A stretch of DNA of 63,946 nt, the filler included, from Octopus bimaculoides (lineage: Eukaryota): NCBI RefSeq assembly GCF_001194135.2. It is 8 parts of 8 records of this genome, joined end to end, with 100 filler letters (N's around TTAATTAATTAA, not from the genome) between each part and the next. Parts side by side here need not be neighbours in the genome. Positions count along the whole stretch, not along the records: positions 47,708 to 59,870 come from NC_068989.1; positions 59,971 to 62,667 come from NC_068987.1; positions 62,768 to 63,946 come from NW_026424638.1; 5 more parts are not named here. One strand, given 5' to 3'. Shown here in pieces: positions 53,325 to 63,946 of this stretch. The notes beneath the pieces were generated by a model. That model saw only the letters and a list, made by a program, of their open reading frames with translations, did no database searches and was not told the DNA's origin. The position numbers and the translations under genes are program-made. Within the stretch, counting starts at the first letter, position 1; each line of letters opens with the position of its first letter.

Positions 53325-54590
53325 ATTGTTCAATACTTGATAGTTTGAGGCAAATTTCTACTGCATCACCTGCTACACCTCCATGTTACTGGGATGTGTG
53401 CAGCATTGTGTGCTCTTTTTTATTGATGGTAATGTGCAAACTCTTCCCAGTATTGCATTGCATTAGTTTTTCTTTCTTTTTTTTTTGAGAAGTGGTGCAA
53501 TCTTTTGATGTATTAGTGTTTGTATTGTGTGTTGTGTGTGTAATGTGTTGGGTAATCTTACTGGTGGTAGTTTTTTTCATTGGATATTTGATGTGTAGAG
53601 TGTTTTGTGTTTGTGGATTGTTTTGTTTAGTTTGTATTATTGAACTGATTGTCATTTGCATAAGATGTGGGCTGTTCCTAACAGGGCTATTTTTTAGATA
53701 GTGTGTTGTGTTGAGGATCCAGGTATAGCTTCTACGTTTTTCTTCATATGTTTTTTTATCATGCATAATGCTCCAATTATTACTGGTATTATTTTCACCT
53801 TCATACCCCACATCTTGAATACTTCAATTTGTACTTTGTACTTTTACAATTTCTCCACTTCTTTTTGGACAATATTTTGGTCAAAAGGGACTGCAGTGTC
53901 TATCAGTAAGCAGGTATATTTTTTTTCTTTTTTTAATCCTTGATAATTATGTCTGGTCAATTAGCTTTTATTTCTTTGTCAGTTTGAACAGGCATATCCC
54001 AGATGATTGTGGCCTGGTCGCTATCATGTACCTTGTTTGGCAATTGTTTATACCATTTATTGTCAGTTTTTATGTTGTAAAAGATGGTGTAAAAGATGGG
54101 CTACAGCAAATATTCTGTTTTTGTGCTTACTGCACTCACTCAGATGATTAATACTTTGGTCTCCCTTTCCACATATTTTGCGTTTGCTCTAAGCCTAAAT
54201 TTTATCTATCTTTGTCTCATCACTTTTTATAAAAAAAAACTCTTAGTGTCCTCTGATATTCCAAAAGCCAACAGTGTGCAGCATTATCATATGCTTCTTA
54301 TTGTTTCTCTAACTAACTGCTAAGTTCCTTCTTACTCTCAAACTTCATTTATTATCTTGCTATCAATATAAAATAAATCAGCATTTCCTCTCGAGTTCAT
54401 TCAGCATTCCTCTTATTCCTCTGGTAATAGATACTCCTCTCAAATCTGTACAATTTATCAGTAATTTCCAAAGCAATAGTAAGCCTGTAATGGACCTATA
54501 ATTACTGTCTTTCCCTTCCTCTCATTTCTTTATCCTTCTGTATTAACAAGATCCTTCCTTTTGTCATCCATGTTAATATTCCATTTTCTA
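53325..54590 (-). mobile_element. Second, divergent Dong/R4-like LINE copy, internally deleted
   Basis: LTWMTKGRILLIQKDKE (RT start) jumps to the C-terminal region: IIWDMPVQTDKEIKAN*PDIII..CLLIDTAVP..KEVEKL*KY..IIPVIIGAL..KIALLGTAHIL. The 3' end lies beside a degenerate (TAA)n. Confidence 0.85.
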
Positions 54591-54685
54591 TACAGTCAGT
54601 GAGAAGTGGTTGTATATAATTGTGTGTGTTATGGAGGACAAAATATTTTGGTTCACTTGTACCAGGTTTATGGCAATGTCAACCA

Positions 54686-54916
54686 TTAATCCATTAAGTC
54701 CCACTGTCCTATAAATAAGACACTAAATGAGAACATTAAATAAGCTATATCACATTGTCTTAGTGTCCTATTTATAGGACACCAAGTATTTCCATTTCTA
54801 CTTGAAGTAAAGGAGTTTTAATAATTATTTTTTTCATTTTAACATATTTTCAATCATCTGTAAAAATTTAAAAGTAATATTCAGAAATTTAAGTGCGCTG
54901 GGACTTAATAGGTTAA
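54686..54916. mobile_element. piggyBac-type MITE with an internal hairpin
   Basis: TTAA-TCCATTAAGTCCCA ... TGGGACTTAATAGG-TTAA; internal 22-bp inverted repeat at 54705-54726 / 54760-54781. Confidence 0.75.
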
Positions 54917-55281
54917 TGCCTTTTAACTGTTGCTTTTTAACACCAGATTAGCACAGACCAACTGGATCTATGGTCAAAAAGCATTCTCGTCATAATTATT
55001 TCTGTCTCTTTTCTGACACAATGTATCTAGAATCACATTATCCAAAGGGTCTTTTCATTTATTTTTAAGACAACAGGCAGTGATTTGATTAAGATTTAGC
55101 TACTATTCTACCAGGTTGAGCAGCAACCTTCATTAGTTCAGTTTTTAACTGTAGCAAAACTTTGTAAAGTGAAACAAAAGAATTCTGTTGCCAGGATATC
55201 AACTGTCTCAGACTATAAGTCCAGCATAGTCTACTGTAATAGCTTTGCTAATATTTATAACATTTTTCATTTTATTTGCAG

Positions 55282-55392
55282 ATTGTACATATTGCATCAG
55301 GCTTATGTATTCAGTCAGCTCAGGAAATATATGCTAAGCATTCAAAGCTGATTTTGGCTAAATGTGATTCAAGCCCCAAAATAAAGAAGCAG
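55282..55392 (+). CDS. GALNT11: Internal coding exon (phase 0-0), ricin-B lectin alpha repeat of polypeptide GalNAc-transferase
   Basis: Acceptor tttcattttatttgcag| and donor CAG|gtttgt; 111 nt = IVHIASGLCIQSAQEIYAKHSKLILAKCDSSPKIKKQ. It has the Cys pair of a ricin subdomain and joins in frame to the next exon to give the QQW motif. Confidence 0.85.
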
Positions 55393-56800
55393 GTTTGTAT
55401 ATTCTGTGATTACTCCAAAATTGTCATTTGTGTACCATATTGGAGTTGATTTATTGTAGATGTTCTGTTGTGATTTGCTACCAAATTTCTAAGCCAGGAT
55501 TCAAAACTGAATCCACATTTTGCTACAAGTCCTCTGCCTGTTATTCTTGCTTGTTGCACAAGGAAATTTATGAAAGTGAATTGATCTCAAGTCATACATG
55601 GGTCAAAACTTATACAGAGGAAACAATCATTTGTTTAGCCTGACCTAGTTTCATTAGGAAGGATATAAATAAGCAAACCCAAATTGTTTCTACCTCTTTT
55701 GGTCGTTAGGCCTTTAGCCAAAGAGCATCTGTCTTTCTTCTTTCTTCCAGCACTGATGGAGGAAGCACCTTTATGCAAAGGACTTCACAGCTTTTACTTT
55801 CTACTTGGTTAGAATCTCTTACCCTTTCTCTCTCTAGTAGTCACCCACAGATGAATTTACTATCTACACAAGTAACATGTGTACAACTACTTCTATAAGA
55901 AGTTGTCTTCTACATTGTAACAATAATAACAATATAAATAAAAGACCATTTCAACTAACAATATCTTTCATTTATTCAATGCTTACTAACATTACATTTG
56001 ATTATTATAATTGGGGACTTCCAATGTTTATAAACCATTAAAATTAGATCTTAATTTTAACTGTTATGAATTGGTGACTAACATTATCAAGATTTTCCTA
56101 CTTGTATAGTGTCCCATGGCCTCATAGATTATTGGATTATTGAATCACTAGTCAAAGCATTGTTGGGACTCTAGTAAAAATACTAGAGTGTTTCCTATTG
56201 TTTCTCTAGGCCTATGAGACATTTTTATCGTTACACTACAAACTAGTGAAACAATTGTCAAAGTTTTTACTGCTTACACCACTATGCTGTGACATGTTAT
56301 GGTACCTGTTTACAGCTAAATTGATTGAGTTACTGAGAATTATGCGAGGGATATTGTGAAACATTATTGATAGGATACAAATTGTAAGCTTTTAGGTCAT
56401 CAGGGCAATGCCCTTTTGACTTCTTATTCTTATCATAAGTGAGGAAGTTTTGTTCTCTGTAAGTACTGTACACATGAGCATACACATGTACACAAAGAGT
56501 CAGATACATTTCCATACATTTATAAATACATGCACCTACAACAAATATCTGAGTTGACTGCTTGTTACTCACCTTGTTATTTATGTTGGGTCCATTTCAA
56601 AAGTGACTTATTTATCAGTGAATACTATTGGTTACTAGAATTTACTTCTGTAAACAATGGGAGCACTTTAAAATTGAATGTTTCAGTAGCATGTTGTATT
56701 GAGTGTAATTAGGAGAGGATTATGCTTCAGATGTGCCATGGAGGCAAGTTTTCATTGGTGCCCTAATACCGCAATGTGTTAAGGGACTCACCACTATGCA

Positions 56801-57187
56801 TTTAATAAATGTGTTAATCTTTCAAATTCAGACCTTACAGGTGTCTTGGATTTATGAAAGATATAAATTATAAAAACTTAACCAGTTGAACCACTTTTTC
56901 CTGTTCATTATTTGATGCTCTAATTTTTTTTTTTTTTTTGGTACAATTTTACATCCATTATATATATTAATTTGCAGCAATGGTATCAAACATTTGATAA
57001 TGAACTGAGATTAGCTAATAAGTTATGTCTGGAAATCAATGATGTTGGATTCAAGAAAAGCTTTCCAAGATTAATGAAATGTCATAATAGTAGAGGAACT
57101 CAAGAATGGATATGGTTCAATTCAGTAAGTCTATTAGTTTTAATAAATGTGTTAATCTTTCAGATTCAGACCTTACAGGTGTGTTGG
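56801..57187 (+). repeat. 49-bp direct repeat pair flanking the ricin-beta exon
   Basis: 56801-56849 and 57139-57187 are identical at 47 of 49 positions. Confidence 0.9.
56978..57124 (+). CDS. GALNT11: Internal coding exon (phase 0-0), ricin-B beta repeat
   Basis: Acceptor tttgcag| and donor TCA|gtaagt; 147 nt = QWYQTFDNELRLANKLCLEINDVGFKKSFPRLMKCHNSRGTQEWIWFNS. The EL.L...LCL and PRLMKCH..G.Q.W motifs match the GALNT11/pgant35A subfamily as I recall it (not searched). Confidence 0.88.
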
Positions 57188-57603
57188 TCTAATAGACTTA
57201 ACAGACCAGTTAGCCTGAAAGATCTGAAAGATGTGTTTAATGAAGCCTGGGAGATATGTTGGGCAAGTGAATCTAATAGATATGTTGGTTTAATAACCAG
57301 TCTAATCAAATGATTTACTTTCATGTCAGTCTCAAAGCATATTCAGTTTTAAAACCCATCTCAGACATGGAAAATACCTAGGTTTTATCTTGTGTAAATT
57401 TTTTTTTTTTTAAATCAAATCCTTTTTTTTTAACTAAATAAATATTGAAATGTTTAATCATTTACTTTGTATTTAAAAAAAATAATAAATCACAGCTTAA
57501 AATATCTTCTTTGTTTACATTTAATTTAAATTAGTTATTTAATTTATATTCAAAACATTAGAAAGAAAATTAATTATATATTTCAAAATTTTTTTTTTTC
57601 CAG

Positions 57604-57747
57604 TCTGTACCATCAATGTTGTACAATGAAGCCAGTGGTAAATGTCTTTCTGCTAACCCCAATAAAAATATTCCGTACTTGGAACTCGACATCTGTGATA
57701 ACCTAAACCCAAACATGAAATTTGCTTTTGGTTTCCTAATTGATTAA
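57604..57747 (+). CDS. GALNT11: Terminal coding exon, ricin-B gamma repeat and stop codon
   Basis: Strong (t)n-ccag| acceptor; SVPSMLYNEASGKCLSANPNKNIPYLELDICDNLNPNMKFAFGFLID* (47 aa + TAA), in phase with the previous exon. Confidence 0.85.
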   Translation, partial: SVPSMLYNEASGKCLSANPNKNIPYLELDICDNLNPNMKFAFGFLID

Positions 57748-58081
57748 CAAATTTTTGTCATTTTTTATATTTCTTAAACATCATGGTCACAATTACTTCA
57801 CATTTTCCTAAATTTTATATTTTTGCTTCCTTTTACTTTTTCAGTCATTGGACTGCAGCTATGCTAGTGCACTGCCTTGAAGGGTTTAGACTAACAAATA
57901 AACCCCAGTACTTTTTTTTTAAGTTTGGTATTTATTTTCTTGGTCTCTTATGCTAAACATAATGAAACCAACATTGGTTATCAAAATGTGATGAGAGACA
58001 AACTCAAAGGCACACACACACATACACACACACACACACACATACATTCACACACACACATATACACACACACATAGGGAA

Positions 58082-59153
58082 AAGAAGTTGAGAATACAAT
58101 TTGAGTGTGTTAGGTAGTTTATTTTTTAAGGTTTAGCCAGTTTCACAAATTTTTCTAGTTTTTAGTAGTTAAGTGAAATAGAAAGACATGAGGCTATGCC
58201 ACAACTGTTAGGGTTCTGACTGGAGTTCGAAAATTTTCTTGTTTTAACAGAGAGAACATGGCTTGAATTAGTATCTGTTTAGGATACAATTTGATTGGCA
58301 AAGGATGGTCACATGATTAGACTTTAAAATTTTTGTGAGTTCCCCGCTACATCCATATATTAATGTCATGTAACAGTATTTTTGGTGCAATAAGTTATGG
58401 CTGAAACAGTTGAGTAAATGTGCCTAGAGACTTGTGTCTAGGGACTTGCATCAGCTTTATTAAAGACATATGTGGAAAAAATAGATCCCCCAAATCCCAA
58501 GTCTTCCCACTTTACCTGTATTCAGTCAATACCATAGATAAAGCACAAATAAACAAAGAAAATATATTCATACAAAAATACAAATCAAGACTGAATAAAC
58601 TTTAACAAAATACATTCACCAACATTCATGCTCAAACTCACTTGACGTTGAATTCACACAGTTAATAACCTAAACTTTGGGTACAATCATGACTTTTTCT
58701 CACATGACACTAACACAAAAATTTTATGTCTACATGCATATGTACAAATCATAACCATTTAGCCACCGGAATACATCTAAACAACTTCTATCCACTCTAC
58801 CATTTTACAGATTAAATTTAGAGAGCCCTGATTGTTTTGGACTGTCAGTAGACACATTCATTTAACCATGTCAGCCTTAACTTACATCATCAAAAATAGT
58901 GTCACATGACATTGATACATTTCTAAGCTTAATCACATTATCATCCTTTACCAATCAAATTGTATCCTAAACAGATACTAAATTGAGCCAGGCTCTCTCT
59001 ATAAAATCAAGAGAATTTTCGAACTCCAGTCAGAAGCAAGACAGTTGTGGTGTAACCCCATATCTTTCTATTTCACTTAACTTCTGAAAATCAGAAAAAT
59101 CTGTGAAACAAGTTAAGCCTTTAAAAATACTCCCAGTGCATTTTCAACTTCTT
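58082..59153. mobile_element. Foldback element of about 1.07 kb downstream of the GALNT stop codon
   Basis: 58082-58428 pairs with 58849-59153, roughly 75-80% identical by eye, with near-perfect cores such as ttagtatctgtttaggatacaatttgattgg and ttctgactggagttcgaaaatt. Confidence 0.85.
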
Positions 59154-59214
59154 GTTTCTATATTTTTACCCATATTATATATATATATAATATATATATA
59201 TATATATAATAATA

Positions 59215-59870
59215 TTAGGGATAAAATCCAAAATTACAGGTAAAAACTCAATTAAAATCAATTTATTAAAAATTTAAATTAAATTAAGTTTCACAGAGTA
59301 AAATATATATAAATATATAGTTTTAGGGAAAAGAACCAAGGTTCATGAACTCATCGATGAAAATCCACTGTCACATATAGAAAAATTAATAATTAAAAGC
59401 ACAATAAATGAGTATAATATAATACAAAGTAAATATCATAAGATAAAGATAATAAAATGACTACACGTGTTTCATAACTAATTTTTAAATAAAAAGGAAA
59501 TTTAAATCGATTAAAATTATCAAAAATCAATTCTATTCAAAAATACAGCTAATCTTCAGGTCAAAATACAACAATAATAATAATAAATAAATGTATATAT
59601 CAACCAACAATAAGTACCAAATGAATTTATATAAAATACTTATTGTATAAAGATAGAAAAATATTATATATGCTAACAGGTATATTATATACAAAAACCA
59701 GCTTAAATTTTGAATACAATTTGAACGTAGTTTGAGGTTAAAATAATAATAAAGATAATATTAGCACATATTTAAATGATGCAATAGTTAAAGCTAGACT
59801 ATTTAAGACTAAAAACGTTTATTCAATTATCATTAAAAATCAATTAAATAATAAAATAATACAAGAATAC
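59215..59870 (-). mobile_element. Penelope-like element remnant (pseudo-LTR with hammerhead, possible GIY-YIG C-terminal relic)
   Basis: Minus-strand relics HHLNMC and IQKFK-like (frameshifted) at about 59700-59790 lie upstream of a minimal hammerhead; AT-rich pLTR-like sequence shares blocks with 63652-63756. Confidence 0.55.
59458..59563 (-). ncRNA. Type I minimal hammerhead ribozyme motif with palindromic helix III
   Basis: Minus strand: UGAC-CUGAAGA-UUAGCUG...UAGUUAU-GAAA-CACGUG-UA-GUCA. Helix I UGAC/GUCA, helix III palindrome ACACGUGU, GUA cleavage triplet. Confidence 0.7.
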
Positions 59871-59970
59871 NNNNNNNNNNNNNNNNNNNNNNNNNNNNNN
59901 NNNNNNNNNNNNNNTTAATTAATTAANNNNNNNNNNNNNNNNNNNNNNNNNNNNNNNNNNNNNNNNNNNN

Positions 59971-60019
<49 letters not shown>

Positions 60020-60179
60020 CATTTCTTTTATTAGCTACACAGGGCTCAACAAAGATGGGACGAATACAATGTAGAGCTTTTCTTTTTGGGAGGGGGAAGG
60101 AAGAAAAAAAAGAAAAGAAAAAGTAGGGGTGGGTGTCGATCAAAAGGGATCGTAGGAAGGAAAAAGGGGGGGAGTTCGA

Positions 60180-60225
<46 letters not shown>

Positions 60226-60462
60226 CCTGTCTGTCTATTTATCTATCTACCTGTCTGTCTGTCTTCTGCCTGCCTACCATCTGTCTGTCTGCTTGTGTGT
60301 TAGACATTTTTGGTATGTCTGTCTGTCTGTCTCTATGTATGTATGTATTTATGTATGTATAGATATATGTATGTATATATGTATGTATATGTATGTATGT
60401 ATGTATGTATTAACAGTTGTGTTCCAGCACTATTATTATATTACTATTATTATTGACATAAA

Positions 60463-61000
60463 TATAGTAATAATAACAATAATCCTTGGATGGAATTTAT
60501 AAATATTTTAGCGCATCGCTACGCGCGTTTCCACAGATCGCATGTTTCTTAAGATCATAATCCGTATTCCTGGTATGATTACAGTGCATTCCGTAGTATC
60601 CATGGACATTGGGTAGATCGCCTTCTTGTCTTCATTTCTTCGGGCAATATAGCATTTATAAATGTTTAACTGAGAATCGTTTACCAATTTTGACCAAGAA
60701 CAAGTTTGATTGAGTTTTGTGTGCATTTACTCACAAATGCCCACATGCACAAAACAACATTCTCATTGGACAAAATTGGTAAACAACCCTCAGTTAAACA
60801 TCCGTTAAAGCTATAACACCCGAAGAAATGAATACATGAACTAGACCTAACCGATGTCCACGGACACTACAGACTGCATCGTAATCATACCAGGAATACG
60901 AGCTTTGATCGTAAGAAACATGCGATCTGTGGAAACGCGCGTAGCGATGCATTAAAATATTTATAAATTCTATCCAGGGATTATTGTTATTATTACTATA
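60463..61000. mobile_element. MITE of about 540 bp with TIRs of about 155 bp
   Basis: tatagtaataataacaataatcc..gcatcgctacgcgcgtttccacagatcgcatgtttctt.. at 60463-60619 is mirrored at 60842-61000. Confidence 0.88.
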
Positions 61001-61645
61001 TATATATATTGTGAAGCTCTCAGTCTTATTAAATATTGCGAAACTGCTTATTAGAAATTGTTTGGTTTTTTTTTTTCATTTTTTTTTTTTTTTCATTGTA
61101 TCTAGTTTCAGCTCGTGAGCTGCGGCCATGCTAGGCACCGCCATTTGGTGTTGCTACATAAATTTACTTCACGAACTTTACTTTAGGAATTGACATTTGG
61201 TGCATGACGAAGTTAGATGCAGCTGAGGAAAAATTAGGGGGCCTTCTATGTTTGTCTCCCGTCCGGTTTTACACTCAGCATACGTTATGTTGTATGTTTA
61301 TTTACTATACATGATTTTTTCATTTATATTCATATATGAAGAGCTTAGCTCGAAATGTAAAACCACCTTTCTCTCCTTCTCTGGACGTCTGCTAAAACTT
61401 TGCATGTACCAATTCCTCACGTTCTTATTTTCCGCCTGTTTTTTCTTCGTTTTTTTTTTTGTGGGGATCGAACGCATGCGTCCATTTGCAAATATATATA
61501 TACTTAATCATTATTTATACATGCATACATACATATATGTGTGTGAGTATATTTGCATGCGTGTGTGTGTGCCTACACGAATTCCTCTCGTTGTTATTTT
61601 CTTCGTGTGTTTTTTCTTCGTTTTTATTTTTGGGCGGGGATAAAC

Positions 61646-61694
<49 letters not shown>

Positions 61695-61763
61695 TTGTTT
61701 ATTTAATTATTATTTATGCTTGCATACATACATATATGGGCGTGTGCGTGTGCGTACGTGTGT

Positions 61764-61794
<31 letters not shown>

Positions 61795-61951
61795 CACGCG
61801 CGCGCTCGTATGTATTTAACAGCGTGGCCTCTACGGCACCAACATGCGCCAGATTGAAATTGTGTTATTNNNNNNNNNNNNNNNNNNNNNNNNNNNNNNN
61901 NNNNNNNNNNNNNNNNNNNNNNNNNNNNNNNNNNNNNNNNNNNNNNNNNNN

Positions 61952-61985
<34 letters not shown>

Positions 61986-62201
61986 CCACACACATATATA
62001 TATATATATATATATAGGGTCGTTCTTTATGTTACTTGTTTTGTTTTCAATTTGTGTCTTTCATTGTTCGAAAGACAAGTTCATGTTCCATGTACTCGTG
62101 CTTCGTACTTTTTGTTGTACACGTTTCATGACGTCATGTATTCACATATGCTTATATATATACATATACATATAGATGTAAGTATGTATATATACGTATG
62201 T

Positions 62202-62283
<82 letters not shown>

Positions 62284-62441
62284 TATATCACATATCTATA
62301 TTATATATGTACATACACTTACACACAAATAAGACGTCATAAAAAGATAAGCATACATCTACTTCATACACGTATGACTATAATTACAGACAAATGGAGT
62401 ACGACAACGAATAATGACTCTTGCATACGCACACACAAACG

Positions 62442-62509
<68 letters not shown>

Positions 62510-63120
62510 GAAGTAGGGAGTAGTTGTGATTAATAGTTTTGTATCGTGTATAGTGTGTAATGTACTTTAAATATTGAAGAACCGGAATTAGATTTGACAG
62601 CAACATTCCTTGTAATCCATTTTGAAGCTCGTTTAATCGTCCTTACATACAAACACACATACATATGNNNNNNNNNNNNNNNNNNNNNNNNNNNNNNNNN
62701 NNNNNNNNNNNTTAATTAATTAANNNNNNNNNNNNNNNNNNNNNNNNNNNNNNNNNNNNNNNNNNNNTGGCCGCAGTTAAATGGTTAGAAGTAAAAACGA
62801 AAAAGTAAAAAGAATGAATCCGGTCGGCAGAGTTAGATTTATAAGGGAGACAATTCTTATCCTTCTCTTTACAAAAGCTTATCTATTGTCTCCCTTGAAA
62901 AACTTGCCCAAAATATATTTTCAAAATGATTTTCTAGACGAAGTAATTTTGTTAGGCCAAGTAATTTTGTTACATTTTTCGTCAGATTGTAGTTTCGTTT
63001 CCCGAACTGGGCAGCATGTTGTGTTTTCTTGAGCAAAACATTTTATTTTATTCTGTTTCTAGTGTTGTGGGGTGATCGGCATGTCAACAAATAGATCCAG
63101 CGTTTTCTCTACGGGTCGTA

Positions 63121-63211
63121 AAAAGATTACTGAAAGAGATTGAGGTAGGATTTGACCTCCGACCTTGTAAAAGATAACCGAAAGAGATTGAGGTAGGATT
63201 TGCCCACCGAC
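63121..63211. repeat. Tandem duplication with a 48-bp period
   Basis: aaaagattactgaaagagattgaggtaggatttgacctccgac is followed 48 bp later by aaaagataaccgaaagagattgaggtaggatttgcccaccgac. Confidence 0.85.
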
Positions 63212-63946
63212 TACCCAAAACAGATATATGGGTTGAAGGGCTTGTCGCCTGAGCGGTGACAAAGTGTCGTCTGCCGGGAGTAATCTGTCGTCTGCCAACA
63301 AATGGCGGATGTTCCTCTTATTATCGCTTGCAACTAAAACCTGGACTTTATCTTCTTCCATTAAAGATTATGAATATTAAGGATGGCAGTCGGAAATGTT
63401 TGTTAAATATGAAACCATCATGAAATTCAATTCTTTATTCATCTCGCATTTCTTCCTTTTCATTAGCCCCAGTACACACACACACATATATAAATAAATA
63501 ATACAAATTATATATAAGCATATGCATGTATATATACATATATGTTCATACCTACATCTACGTGTATATATAGATGCATATTCGGGTACAGGACGTCAAA
63601 AAAACGTGGACAAATAAGGAACGGGAACATAAACAAAACACAAAAAATATTAAAATTAAATTAAGTTTCACAGTATTAAACATATATAAACATATGTGAC
63701 AGTGGATTTTCATCGAGGAGTTCATGAACATTGGTTCTTTTCCCTAAAACTATATATAATATAAAATCTGGAAATTAATCATATATTAATTAATATCGAT
63801 TAATTATCAGTAGGCCAGCACATCTAAAGAATCAAAGAGATTCAGAAATAGTATCTGCAATCTCAGGGGATTAAGTTACATTTTTAAAAAATAACGTTGA
63901 CCACTAACGTGGACAATTAATGTGCTAGAAATAGATCACATTTATA

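Noticed and set aside
57164-57178. Cryptic 15-nt in-frame microexon inside the second 49-bp repeat (tttcag|ATTCAGACCTTACAG|gtgtgt)
   Set aside because: The upstream intron would be only 39 nt, and the insert would disrupt the lectin fold.

Overview
AT-rich, microsatellite-saturated, gapped eukaryotic scaffold. The SINE families and repeat load point to an octopus (coleoid cephalopod) genome; this is inferred from recognition, not from a search. The only confidently identified host gene is the 3' end of a polypeptide N-acetylgalactosaminyltransferase, most similar to GALNT11/pgant35A. Three phase-0 exons (55282-55392, 56978-57124, 57604-57747, + strand) encode its ricin-B lectin domain. I found no catalytic-domain exons in the window, but several orphan + strand exon candidates lie upstream. 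The rest is transposon-derived: at least four tRNA-/LINE-related SINE families, two Dong/R4-type RLE LINEs sitting in (TAA)n tracts, Tx1/L1 fragments, an old APE-type LINE, a Gypsy pol fragment, hAT, Tigger/pogo and Tc1/mariner remnants, and many MITE/foldback elements. The most interesting signals are two Penelope-type minimal hammerhead ribozyme motifs with palindromic helix III (59458-59563 minus, 44226-44312 plus) and a repeat family carrying a non-canonical hammerhead-like fold (24405-24440, 28390-28425). There are also several small rearrangements and long hairpins near the GALNT exons. I saw no rRNA, true tRNA gene or CRISPR array. Most ORFs in the supplied track are microsatellite or gap artefacts.
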